From NCBI RefSeq assembly GCF_032191835.1, contig NC_083233.1, positions 49,290,001 through 49,354,000 on the forward strand: a DNA stretch of 64,000 nucleotides. Reading direction: 5' to 3'. Both the position numbers and the translations under genes were made by a program. Below, in pieces: positions 1 to 11,601 of the stretch. Every line of letters starts with the position of its first letter. Positions within the stretch are counted from its first letter, which is position 1. This stretch comes from Heteronotia binoei (lineage: Eukaryota). The notes below the pieces were generated by a model. The model saw only the letters and a program-made list of their open reading frames with translations. It had not been told where the DNA came from and did no database searches.

Positions 1-100
1 TGCCTACATCTCCCATCAGCCCCAGCCAGCATGGCCACTGGCTGGGGCTGATGGGAGTTGTAGGCAAAAAACATCTGGAGACCCAATGTTCCCTACCCCT
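1..100. mobile_element. Right part of a hairpin MITE (non-autonomous DNA transposon) inserted into the DIRS pol region
   Basis: Internal inverted repeat cctacatctcccatcagccccagcca / tggctggggctgatgggagttgtagg (3-63) and TIR-like end gttccctacccctg; DIRS RT frame resumes right after. Confidence 0.6.
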
Positions 101-102
101 GT

Positions 103-1150
103 CCTAGGTTTATGTGTGAACCTCGCCAAGTCCCACCTTACTCCTTCATAGGATGTTCAATTTATAGGCGCTCGCCTGTGCACGAGCCCCCACTTGGTCT
201 ACCTCCCTCAGGACCGCTCTCTGACAATTCAATCCCTAGCGATCTCACTCTTACGTAATCCAACACAACCTGCATTCATATTTCAGCACTTTCTCAGCCT
301 CATGGCCACAACCACTTCCGTGCTCCGCTTTGCAAGGCTTCGAATGCGACCACTTCAACTCTGGTTCGTACATGCTTTTCATCCTCATGTACAACCACAA
401 TCCACCACACTGACCACACCCGAAGGCGTTCTCCTGTCCCTCCGGTGGTGGACAAACCTGACCAATCTGCTGCAGGGGACACCCTTCATACTGCTGGTTC
501 CCTCTGCTGTGGTGACGACGGATGCCTCGATGTGGGGTTGGGGAGCCCACCTCGAGAACAAAACCGCCAGGGGCCTGTGGACGCCGGCAGAGAGACGTTT
601 CCACATCAACTGCCTAAAACTTATTGCTGTGCACAGTTCTCTCCAGTCCTTCCTCCCTGCGCTCACTGGCAGGCATGTATAGATCACCACGGACAACATG
701 GCTACGGTCTTCTACGTGAACAAACAGGGAGGGACCAGATCCGCCAGATTCTGTCATCTGGCCATGACCCGTTGGGAATGGTGCATTAAGCACAACATCC
801 ACGTGACGGCCATTCACCTCCCCAGGGTGGAGAACACCCTGGCAGACTCTCAGCAGATTGCGCTTGGACGACCACAAATGCTCCCTCAATTCGCTCTGCC
901 TCCAGCGCATTTTCAGTGTCTTCGGGACGCCTCAAGTAGATGTCTTTGCTTCCCGGACCAATGTGAAGTGCAGCCACTTTTACTCCAGGGGCACCAACGA
1001 TGCGTTCCTTCACACATGGGCGGGACCCCTTCATTTCATCTTCCCCCCAATCCCTCTGGTATCTCGAACCATTCTCAAGCTTGTTCGGGACGGGACAAAC
1101 TGCATCCTGATAACGCCCTGGTAGTCCCGTCAGCCATGGTTCACGAGCCT
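103..1150 (+). pseudogene. DIRS pol remnant (RT end, RNase H, DNA N6-adenine methyltransferase-like domain) with stops and frameshifts
   Basis: ORFs 194-682, 698- and 858-1124 carry consecutive DIRS1 pol motifs in different frames; TAG at 680-682 interrupts GRHV*ITTDN. Confidence 0.85.
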
Positions 1151-1269
1151 CCTTCAACTATCGCATCACACTTACCGACACTTACCTCTAGCAGCCAATC
1201 TCCTAACACAACATCGGGCTCAGGTGTGGCACCACAATCCTCAACTCCTACGGCTCACAGCATGGAGGA

Positions 1270-2240
1270 TTCACCCTTAAACCTGCCACTTGAAGTCGAG
1301 CACGTTATCTTAAATGCAAGGAAACCCTCAACTAGACGTTCTTATTCCCTTAAATGGAAACTTATACAAGATCCCTCCACCTTGACCCTAAGACTGCACC
1401 ACTGCCGATGGTCCTACAGTACCTGTTATCCTTACAGGCCTCGGACCTCAGCTACTCTTCCCCAAAAGGTTCATATGTCGGCTATCTCTGCCTTCCATGT
1501 GCCTGCTGAGGGACAGACAGTTTTCTCACACCATCTATTGAAATCCTTGCTTAAGGGGATGCTTCATCTACACACACACCCCAGTAAAACCTCTCATACC
1601 ACCATGGAGTCTATCGTTGTTTCTCTCCCAACTTATGAGGCCACCCTTCGAGCCTTTGGTGTCTGCAGCCCTACACCTTGTCTCCTGGAAGACCGCTCTC
1701 CTCGTTGCACTCACGTCGGGCAAACAAGCCAGCGATCTCAATGCCTTCTGCTCCGATCCGCCTTACACAGTATTCCACAACAATAAGGTGGTCCTCTGAG
1801 CGGATCCAGCTTTCCTACCCAAGGTGGTGTCCACCTTCCATCTTTCAGGCTCTACGTCACTACCAACATTTTTTCCTGACCCCAAGGACTCAGACCAAAG
1901 GGCACTACACACACTAGACGTTAAGTGTGCCCTAGCATTCTATCTCTTTCGTACACAGCCCTTCTGTAAGGTCCCCAACCTCTTTGTGGCCTACGGCAAC
2001 CCGCAAAAGGGCTCGAGAATATCTACCCAGAGATTGTCCAAGCGGGTAGCCAATGCCATTCGCCTGTGTTACGAGACTGCCAAACAACCCTTTTTAGGTC
2101 TTAGGGCTCACTCAACCAGAGCCGTCTCGACCTCGTCAGCGTTCCTTGAGGGCGTCCCCCTGGGGGACATCTGCGCGACTGCACCCTGGTCCTCCCCATC
2201 TACGTTCGTCTCCCACTACGCCTTGGATGTTCATGCTAGT
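1270..2240 (+). pseudogene. DIRS tyrosine recombinase remnant, frameshifted
   Basis: Pieces LPLEVEHVILNARKPSTRRSYSLKWK, SWKTALLVALTSGKQASDL, LHTLDVKCALAFYL and RAHSTRAVSTS..WSSPSTFVSHYALDV are spread over ORFs 698-1786, 1617-1799 and 1824-2315. Confidence 0.88.
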
Positions 2241-2379
2241 TTGGGACGCCTCCTTTTGCCAAGCTGTCCTCAAATCCATCTTCCGCTGATACAGCCTCAG
2301 GTGAGTGTCTGCTGAAACTGTGAGCATGCAAATGTGCCAGCACCCACCGTCTGTTTTCTTCTTTTCAACTTACTAATCA

Positions 2380-2762
2380 CCCATGTGTAGGACTGCACAG
2401 AGACCATGATGAAGATAAACAGGTTGCTTACCTGTAACTGATGATCTTCGAGTGGTCATCTGTACAGTCACACACACACACACAGCCTTCCCCTCTGCTG
2501 GTTCTTACTGGCCACATATTTTTTGCTTTTGCCAGTAGCAACTGGAAGAAACTGAGTGGGAGGTGCGTCTTCTGGTTGCTCCGGGCATGCGCAGTCAATG
2601 CCTGCTCCCCAGAGCGAAATGGAAGTCGCACCAAGAAAGACGCTCCTAGCAAGCTATTGGAGTCTCCGAGGTATGGATCCGTTGCTGAAGGCAAGACCCA
2701 TGTGTGTGACTGCACAGATGACCACTCAAAGATCATCAGTTACAGGTAAACAACCTGCTTAT
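2380..2762 (+). repeat. DIRS internal complementary region (ICR) and right terminal repeat
   Basis: 2417-2470 is the near-perfect reverse complement of 2700-2762; 2380-2415 is a degenerate direct copy of 2697-2732. Confidence 0.8.
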
Positions 2763-2892
2763 TTTTAGCCTCCAGCTCACACATTTTTGTCTTAGCTCAG
2801 GAAGGATGACCCCAGAGCACACTAATTTATGCAGTGGTTCACAACTTTAATGCCGGTAGCTCACAAGGCTCTGCAGTTTAGAGGGAACATTG
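2763..2892 (+). mobile_element. Right half of an AGCTCAC-repeat hAT-like MITE (TIR cagtgttccctc...gagggaacattg), truncated by the DIRS insertion
   Basis: Matches the 3' part of full copies at 12189-12383, 36750-36946 and 56426-56635. Confidence 0.85.
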
Positions 2893-2939
2893 ATCCAGAG
2901 CTATACGTCAGTACTCCAGCATAAAGAAAGGAAAGTAAT

Positions 2940-5520
2940 AAAGGATCCCACAGTCCAGGACATCTGGAACACCAGGATAATGAGCTCCACTATTATCAGA
3001 GCTAATTAGACATTTAGGAATGCATAGTCAGTCCTTAGAAAGTAAACAGGTTATGCACTCATGTTTGGGTTTCTGCTCTGGATGAAGACCAACTAAAGAG
3101 TATTAAAAAAGGAATAAACTAGAACTTTCAAAAGGTGCCCAGGGAGCCATAGCCGCTCTCTATAGTTCCCAGATGGACTCAAGGCCTTGCAAATAATGTT
3201 GCAGAAAACTTTCAAGCTTTATGAGGCTGGGCGCAATATGTCATACTAGAACCTTGTAATGGTTTGGGACCATTATGTTTTGATTGTAGCAAAGGCTAGT
3301 CTGTATTAATTGGACAGTTGTGCACTGTGCTAGCAAAAGATAACCCAAAATCTGTGCCAAAGAAGGGCAAGTAATGGTGCTAACTATGCTGGACCACTAG
3401 CTAGTCTGTAACTGCTTGAATTTAGATGAGCAACTGTGTTTTGACTACAACTTTTAAAAGTTTCTCAGAGTTTTCTCCATCTTAAGGTGAAAATAATCCT
3501 TTCATGTCTGTAGATCAGGGTCTTGTTTTGCTCCAGAGGGCCATGCTGAACCAACAAGAAACATAAGAAGTCTCAATAGTTCAACTGAAATGAGTGAAAC
3601 AGTTTATTGATGCACGATAACCAATTCCACACACAGAACTGTTCCTACTGTCGGGCCAGGGCTTTTTTTCTGGGGTTCTGGAACCTCTTTGTGGAAACAA
3701 AATTCTCAAAAAAATGTTTTAAAGTTCACGAGGGACACCTGTGTGTGTTTCTCCTTCATTTCCCTCTTGAGAGTTCTAGCACCTTTTTTTCCAGGGGGGA
3801 GGAACCCTGGGTAGGGCAAATTGGAGTGACAGTTCATGCTATCAGGAGCCCCATACCTATTTAAAGAAGCTGCTGACCTGAGGAGTAGGTAGGGAGCTGT
3901 GCAGGGGCTACTGCAAGGAGATTGGCTGGTGGCTTGGAGAAGACTGACATTCCTCTCCCTGAATATAATTTCCCTACAGGGGTTTCAGTGGGAGCCAGTG
4001 TGGTGTAGTGGTTGAGAGTGGCAGACTCTAATCTGGAGAATAGGCTTTGAGTCCACACTCTTCCATATGAAGCCAGCATGGTGATCTTGGGTCAGTCACA
4101 ATTCTCTTAGAGCTCTAACAGCAGTGGCGCAAGGGTGCCAGCCTAAAGCTGGTGTGCCCAGGCAAGGTGCTGCTGCTGCCCCAGCACCAGAGAGGGCAAG
4201 TGCAGCAGCCGTGAGGCTCCCGGTCTGAGCATGCATGTTGCCGCTGCCCACTGTTGCTCTGCCTCTCACGCCTGTGACACGAAAGGCCAGACGACGGCGG
4301 TGCACATGCTGAGACAGAGAGCCTCGCTGCTGCTTCTGAGCGGACTATTTCCATCTACTTAGAAGCAAGGGAGGGTGGGAGGGCCCAACTCAGTGCCCTC
4401 TCCCCAGTTCAGCGCTCCAGGCAGCCTAATTGATGTGCCTGGCCTGCTCTCTCAGCCCACCTACCTCACAGAGTGTCTGTTGTGGGGAGAGGAATCAATT
4501 GTAAGCCACTTTGAGACTCCTTTGGGTAATTAAAAGAGAGATATGAAAACCAACTCTTCTTCTTTCAGCTATTGTACCAAATTATAAAGAAATTGCAGGT
4601 AGCTGTATTAGTCAAGGCCTAAAGACCATAGCCTAAAGCAATATTCCCTTCCCTTCCCAGTAAAAATTAATAATCCAGCTCACAAGCTTGCACCCTGATC
4701 TCTGTCATTTTGGTTGGTCCTAATAAAAATAGCTGTTATTTCTTAAAGGATTCACCATACCAAATGTGTTTGACAGACCCTACATTGCAAACTCCCTAAG
4801 CATCTATCTCTGCCTGCAGTAGTAGTTTAATCTAGAACATCTTGCCAGGATGATGCCATTGAATAAACCTTTAGTCATCCAGATTACAACCAATACCAGC
4901 CCATGAAGGTGGATAATCTCTTTAATAAGCTAGCACTGGGTGTAACCTTCATGCATCTGTTCTTAAACCTCTCCTGTTGATTGGTGATCCCGATGGACTA
5001 TCCATTCCCCCTCATCAGTGGTATTCTAGCTCACTGTGCCTAGACATTTTGAACCTCCTGAACATATTTCATTGTGGAGAACAGCACGTAAGCTTCTGCC
5101 CATGTCATGAGGAGGCTGCGCTTTGCTTGGAAAATGGCCCCACTCCTCATGGGAAGTTGATGTGGTCTCTTTTGTGTGCCTATATCAAGGGCTCCCAGCT
5201 TTGTTGAGCCAGTGGGCACTTTTGGAATTTTCAGAAAGGGTCTAACGCACCACTACAAAATGGCCACAATGCAACTGGGGCCAATCACAAAATGCTGGAA
5301 AGTTCTGAGCCAAGAGTCCTCCTATGATGGAGACAACTGTTTTCAAATTCTCCCTGCTGATGTAACTGCAAGGACTCCCAGGGTCTTCTGAAGCACTTTC
5401 TGCCCCAATGAGGCAGAGAAAAGCCAGGATTGGTTCTTTGCTTTGAGAAAGAAGGACATGGGCGCCATGTTAGTCACAGACACCAGACTGAGGATTACTA
5501 GTTTGAAGTATAACATGGGA
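2940..5520 (-). mobile_element. Possible ancient L2-type LINE remnant, interrupted by younger elements
   Basis: Faint minus-strand similarity (IICKALSPSGNYRERL resembles the L2 motif YKAL.GLGP.YLRERL); heavily decayed. Confidence 0.3.
3990..4565 (+). mobile_element. Sauria-type SINE with a ~325-bp nested insertion (~4119-4445)
   Basis: Head gagccagtgtggtgtagtggttgagagt, body resumes at ctctcagcccacctacctcacag, tail aaccaactcttcttct. Confidence 0.7.
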
Positions 5521-5825
5521 GTGATGGACCTTGCACACAAATGTTTTTAGATCAAGTCAGATTTCTGTTGATGCCAGTCAGTTAAGTGAATATATGGTTT
5601 CCTCTGAGGACCACCAGTTGCCCCTGATAGGAGAATCTCCTGTTGGGGCAATTGGTGCAAGCAGTCCAGTAGCCTTCAGAAGAGGCCCTATATCCACATA
5701 CACTGTCTCTGCCCTCCCTCTCCTCCTCCTAAAACAAACTGCCTCTGCACATCTGTCTCAAGGCTCAGATAAGGGGAACCAGTATCTGGAGATAGCTCAA
5801 AATGGGTTGCCGCAATAGACTGTCT

Positions 5826-5995
5826 GTAGCAGTAGAATAGAGCAAGAGTCCAATAGCACCTTAAAGACTAACAAAATTTGTGGTGGGGAGGAGCTTTTGT
5901 GAGTCACTGCTCACTTCTTCCATGATTCACGAATGCTCATACCTAGCCACAAATTTTGTTTAGTCTTCAAGGTGCTACTGGCCTCCAGCTCTCTT
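5826..5995. mobile_element. Penelope-like terminal fragment in inverted (hairpin) arrangement
   Basis: tagcaccttaaagactaacaaaatttgtgg (5855) mirrored by ccacaaattttgtttagtcttcaaggtgcta (5947); related fragments at ~10130, ~43670, ~44900 and ~59140. Confidence 0.5.
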
Positions 5996-6759
5996 CAATA
6001 TTTGGAGAGGATTCTGGATCTATTTAAGTGCCTTTCCTGTCTTCCCCTGAGAGCTATTCAGAAGCTCTTTGAGAGGGGAGAAAAAAAGCTACCAATAAAC
6101 TCTTTGGAGTGAAAGTGAAATAGCCCCCTGAGCCCTGGGACAATCTGTAGTTGCTGTTAATGGGATGGCTGCTTTTCTTAATACTGCTGGGGCCCCTCAG
6201 GAGTGTTTTAAGAACTGTGAAATATATCCCCCCCCCCCATTCATCCACAACCTTTCCCCACCACCACCACAGGAGTGCAGCGGTACAAGACTCATCACAG
6301 GTTAGACACTGCTTACCTTGCAGTTACGGGGAAACCTGCTGCACCAGCTGAGAGTAGTATGCAGAAGAGGTCCTAAATTCTCTTGCAAGTGGTTTGTGAG
6401 GTCAGGAGGGAGGGGAAGAATAGGATGAGCTGAGACCTGAGTATGAAAGACTTAATGGAAAATTTGCAGTTGCCTGTGCAAAATGACCATTAACCTGTTA
6501 CTCAGTATATATTTAAATATGCAATATGAAAGATAAACGGAAACTTTATGAGTGTTAGCCAATGTGAAAGAATTGCCTATTGGGCACAGGGACTGTAACA
6601 TGGTGTTACTATTAACAGGGATCCCTAAAAGGAGAGTAAATTTAGAACTGAGTCCTACTTCCTAAAGATTGAGAGAGTCAGTGGGAGATCTGGGTTCAGA
6701 TTTGTCGTTAGCCATAGTTCCCATTGAACTCATCATCATTATTTCTTAGCCTAATCCTT

Positions 6760-6978
6760 TAGGGTTGCCAGTCTCCAGGTGGGGTCTGGAGATCTCTTGC
6801 TTTTAGAACTGATCTCCAGCTGGCAGAGATCAGCTCCCCTGAAGAAAATGGCTGCTTTGAAGGGCTGCTCTATAGCATTGCACCATGGCTGAGGCCCCTC
6901 TCCTCCCCAAACCCCACCCTCTCCCAGATCCACCCCTTAAATCTCCAGGTGTTTTCCAACCCAGACCTGGCAACCCTA
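6760..6978 (+). mobile_element. hAT-type MITE, TAGGGTTGCCA TIR family
   Basis: TIRs tagggttgcca / tggcaacccta; body shared with six nearby copies. Confidence 0.85.
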
Positions 6979-7375
6979 CTACCTCTCACAGGATTGTTGT
7001 CAGGTTAAAATGGGTGGTGGTGGGAGACCCACTATAAGTTTATCAGAGGAAAGATGATACATAATTCAATCAATAATAAAATATCAATAATAGATATCAC
7101 ACTAGCTGTTTGTTCTTACAAAAAATGAACCTGGGAGGATGGAAAATATAAGAAAATTATTTGGTGGTGGTGGGAAATTGTTATATGGGAGTGGACGGAT
7201 GAAGAGAGGCCAAGGAGAAAGAGAAGCTGAAAAGGTAACCTCAGGGTCTGAAGGTGCTGAGTTGCATAGAAGGGAGAATTTTGCCAAATATGGCTTTTCT
7301 TGCCATCTTCTCAACACTGTGCTCTAGCAACTAGGGTGGGTGGATCAGTGGATATGAAGGAAACTGAATCTTAAA

Positions 7376-7828
7376 TAGGTTGCCAGCCTCCAGGTGGGGC
7401 CTGGAGATCTGCTTTTACAACTGATCTTCAGCTGGCAGAGATCAGCTCCCTTGGAGAAAATGGCTACTTAGAAGGGTAGGCTCTATGCATTGCACCATGC
7501 TGAGGCCCCTCCCCTCCCCAAACTCTGCCATCTACCAGCTCCGCCTCCAAAGTCTCCAGGCATTTTCCAACACAGACCTGGCAATTGTAATGGAATCTGA
7601 AGTAACAGATGGGGTTTCCAACTCCAGGCTGGGCAGTTCCTGGAGATTTGGGGTGAAGAAACTGAGGAGGGCAGCATTTGAGGGTGGGGGGAGCTCAGCA
7701 GGGTTATGATGCCATAGAATCCACACTCCAAAGCTGTCATTTTCTCCAGGGGAGCTGATCTCTATAGTTTGAAGCACAGTTGTAATTCTGGGAGAAAGTC
7801 AGGTCCCACCTAGAAGCTGGCAACCCTA
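7376..7828. mobile_element. Two adjacent, oppositely oriented TAGGGTTGCCA MITE copies
   Basis: Copy ~7376-7585 (+) followed by copy ~7605-7828 (-) ending tggcaacccta. Confidence 0.75.
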
Positions 7829-9052
7829 AATGATAAATTAGCTTTTTAAATACAAGTCTGAAGCCTCTTCTGATGGGAATCAAGAACATTCACCAGTGCC
7901 TGTTTAAAGGCCTTGGTTGCAAGGACAAAATAGGGTGAGGTAAGAAGTATGAACAGCAGGTAAGCATCAGCTTTTTCACACAAGCTCAGCTAGAAGCTAA
8001 ATTGCTATATTGTCATCTGGGGAGAGCTCCAGAAGCACTTTTCCATCCCAAGACTCGGTCCTGGGTCATAAGAAAGCACTGGCAGGGATGCTGGGAGCCC
8101 CCGCAAAGATTCCCTCTCTGGCAAAGTCCCCCTCCACTACCCAGCCTGAACTTCATATGGAATGAAATCACCATGACTCCAGCCCCCTCCCAACTTTGTT
8201 CCCCAAGTCTCCCCTCTCACAAAATTGACAGGCCCATGGAGCGTAGCCTCCCCTCACCAGTGAATTGTTTAAGTGGAAAAAGGCAAAGAGCTTGGAGATG
8301 AGGCTTAGCCACTGGCTTTAATATTCACAAGATAGGCTGTTTTGGCTCTCACCTTCCCCCCCCCCCCCGAAAGCCATGCACGGGTGAAACAAATGCAGCC
8401 CAACAACCCTGCACAGCAGGACTTTCCAAACAGGAGCAGACAAGAGGCCTCAAGATTGTTGGTCTGAAATACGCATACACACATCCTTCCCCTTTTAAAC
8501 ATCCAGTTTATAGAATACAAAAAGTCACACACATTTTCTGTCTTTTTGCTGGTCTTAATAAAAAATCATGTTGTTTTTAGGGCTGAGGGATAGCCAGTCC
8601 CTGGCATCAGAGTCAGAGAGAAAGGGTGGGGGGAGTTCTGTCATTTGCATTTACCTTCATGAGACCCTCCCAGGGGTGTCAAACGGCTGTTAAGTGCTTC
8701 CTGTCTGTCTCATTGTGGCTAACTAGCCAGGAAGGGAGGGCAGCAAACCCTCCTTCCCTTCATTTGCAAGGGCCCCTCAGACATTGGTGATCCTGGAGAC
8801 TGGATCTTCTGACAGTCCTCCACCCAACATGATCCCAGGTAGTGCCACTAACTCTGAAGATGCCTTCCAACTTTTCCCCTTAATCTGTTCCTGGTTCCCT
8901 GAGCCTATTTGTCAAGATCCAAAAAGGCTGCCTTAGGCAGTGTGGTATTGCTCCATTGCCTCAGTGGGCTGCTTGAGCTAGGCAAGGCCAACAGTGCCAG
9001 GCAGCAGCAGTTTTCCGTCTCGGCCAGATAAAGTTTGCTCTCTGTATCCAGT

Positions 9053-9249
9053 TAGGGTTGCCAGCCTCCAGGAGGGGCCTGGGGATCTCCTACTCAGAGA
9101 TCAGCTCCCCTAGAGAAAATGGCTGCTTTGAAGGGTGGACTCTAAGGCATTGTACCATGCTGAGGCCTCTCCCCTCCCCAAATCCCACCCTCTTCCAGAT
9201 CCACCCTCAAAGTCTCCAAGTGTTTTCCAACCCAGCCCTGGAAACCCTA
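9053..9249 (+). mobile_element. TAGGGTTGCCA-family MITE
   Basis: Starts tagggttgccag and ends ggaaacccta; same body as 6760-6978. Confidence 0.8.
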
Positions 9250-9704
9250 TATTCAACAGAAAGACAGGCAACTCTTTTGAGCAATGTCTCTATTTCTATA
9301 CTGCTACTCCAGAAAAAAAAAAATCTTAAAAGTTAACATCAGAGCTGAAAATGCTAAATCCCAGTTCAATTAGGATGGGATTAATATAAAATCCCTGGAT
9401 TGAACCAGGATTTAGCACAACTGTGGTTATTTTAACAAAACCAGTGATTTCCTACCACATACAGTCATGATTTCCTATCATAACTAATGAATGTTCTCTG
9501 TATTTTTCCCAATTAGATCTTAATTTTACATACATTTCACTCCATAACTCTTGCATTCCATGGCCCCTGTTCCTCCCATATGAAATGGTTGCATAGTGAA
9601 GCCCCACTCAAAACATCTGAAGAAGTGGGCTCTTGCCCAAAAACACTAATGCTGGCATAAAATGTACTCTTGTTTAATTTTTGCTGCATCACAGCTGCCT
9701 TCTC

Positions 9705-9879
9705 TAGGGTTGCCAATCTGGGTTGGGAGATTCCTGGAGATTTAGGAGTGGAGTTTGGTGAGGGCATGGTTTGGGGAAGGGAGGGTATAATACCATAGAC
9801 TCCACCTTCCCCAGTATGGTCTGGGAATCAATTGTAATTCCAGGAGATTCCTGGTCCCACCTGGATAATGGCAACCCTC
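9705..9879 (-). mobile_element. TAGGGTTGCCA-family MITE, internally deleted
   Basis: TIRs tagggttgcca / tggcaaccctc. Confidence 0.75.
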
Positions 9880-10221
9880 GCTACTCCTCTGGAATTATTC
9901 TCTGTGATGCCTGTCTCTTTTTCCTCCCAAAGCATAAAGCATTCCCAGTTTGGGAAATTAGGGGAAAGAGAACTCTTTCTTCCCCACCACCACAGTCCTG
10001 ATCCAGAGTTTCTCTCAGCTAGTTTTTGTAACAAATTATTCATCTGAAATTTTAAATATGGGATTCCAGCATCAGATGTAGATTGGCCCTTAAATGCCAA
10101 TATTGAAATTCAAGTCCAGTAGCAATTTAGAGACTAATAACATTTTCCAGGGTATCTGTCAAACTGACTTTGACTCATGAAAACTTATACTCTGGATATT
10201 TTTGTTCACTTTAAGATGCTA

Positions 10222-10437
10222 CCAAACCACGGTTTTTTTCGAGCAGGAACACACAGGAATGCAGCTCCGGTTGGCTTACCATCAGGGGGTGCGGCCTGAT
10301 ATGCAAATGGCATACAAATGAGTTCCTGCTGGGCTTTTTCAACAAAAAGTCCTGTGTAAAACAATGGTGATGCCCAGTAGGTGTGGCCTAATATGAAAAT
10401 GAGTTCCTGCTGGGCTTTTTCTACAAAAAAGCCCCTG
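10222..10437. mobile_element. CAGGGCTTTTT-TIR MITE variant
   Basis: ggtttttttcgagcaggaac ... gagttcctgctgggctttttctacaaaaaagccctg; related to the copies at 27508 and 34202. Confidence 0.65.
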
Positions 10438-11585
10438 TACCAAACTAGATTTTTTTTCTGCTGTTGCACACTAACACATCTGCCTACTTGATTCTAAGAC
10501 CGGTAACAGAACTGGTGTGGTGCAGTAGTTAGTGTTGGACTTGGACAAGGGAAACCTAAAACCCTCACTTAATCATGAGACTCACTGAGTTATTCTGGGT
10601 GAACCTACTTCACAAAGTTGTACACATTTTCCATGGCCTGCTTGAGAAGAAGAAGAAAAGAAGAAAAAGAATGCTTCCATGGAATTGCAAACAGGATGCC
10701 AAGAGAGGCTGCAGATCTTTCTTTAAATCTGTCCACATGTAAATGGTTGGTGCAACTATGTGTGTGCATGCATCCAGCTGATGCTCCTTTGACAACTTTA
10801 CTCCCTGGTGAGTTACCCAGAATAAATCACTCAGTCTCCCATAGGTACAAGTTGGAGATGAGGGCAACACTCATAAAGTTGAGGAGGATGGTGGTACCCT
10901 ACTGGCTTGCACAGCTGACAACTGTTTGTTGTCATGTGGACCCTAACATAACATTTTACCATAGACATTTATGTGGAGCAATGGAAGCCATTTTGTCAGT
11001 TGTCTTTAGAAAACACCACCTTCTAAAGAGAGAGAAAATTTCTCACTGAGAAGACTCACATTGCAATGAAGACAGCACCCCGTGTTATCAAAATCCAAAA
11101 GTGAAAGGTGGCTGGAGGAGGGAGACCTTTTTTTTGTCTACCAGCCACTGTGTTTCCTTTGAGGTCCCCCTTCATCTAGCAACAGTGTTGGTCTTTTATT
11201 TGTTTAAAAGTGCATTAGCAGTAAATCAAGGTACATTTATTTCCCCTCTGGGGTTTCCTGTATGTCAAAGCCATGTTAATTCTTTTTGAGTACCCCCCCC
11301 CCCCAACTCAGCATTGATAGCTGTAGATCCTTCCTCTCTTTGTCTCTTTTGGACATCAAAAGACTGCAAGGGGGGAGGCCTGGCTGGGGAGAAGCTCCTC
11401 CCTGCTTGCTGGCCTTCATAAACCAGAGACTCACCTTGGGTCTAAACTGAGTTGTGTTGAGACCCATCCCAATGCTCCCGATGTCTCTGGGAAACCAGCA
11501 AGGCTCCTTCTGCCACTTCATGAGGCATGGGATGGTTGTGCCTCCCTTGTGCTGAGAGTTGTGGTGGGTCTCTAATTCAGGGGAA

Positions 11586-11601
11586 ATGCAAGCTGTACCT
11601 G
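11586..11601 (+). CDS. TBX6L: T-box gene exon 1 coding part (MQAVP + phase-1 G)
   Basis: gaaATGCAAGCTGTACCTG|gtaagt has a consensus donor; G+CC at the 16512 acceptor gives Ala in frame; resembles the short first exons recalled for zebrafish Tbx16 (MQAIR-D) and zygotic VegT (MHSLP-D). Confidence 0.72.

Larger units (their letters stand above)
101..2762 (+). mobile_element. DIRS1-like tyrosine-recombinase retrotransposon, 3' portion, degenerate
   Basis: RT C-terminus LGLCVNLAKSHLTP*..QFIGARL (~103-180); RNase H VVTTDASMWGWGAH and DNMATVFYVNKQGGTRS; MT-like DVFASRTN..FIFPP; YR RAHSTRA..W..HY; terminal inverted repeats 2417-2470 / 2700-2762. Confidence 0.93.

Noticed and set aside
698-1786. 362-aa ORF as a real protein
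   Set aside because: It is a chimera of DIRS pol and YR frames created by frameshifts in a decayed element.
7949-7965. ATGAACAGCAG|GTAAGC as an alternative T-box first exon
   Set aside because: Phase 2, incompatible with the phase-1 acceptor at 16512.
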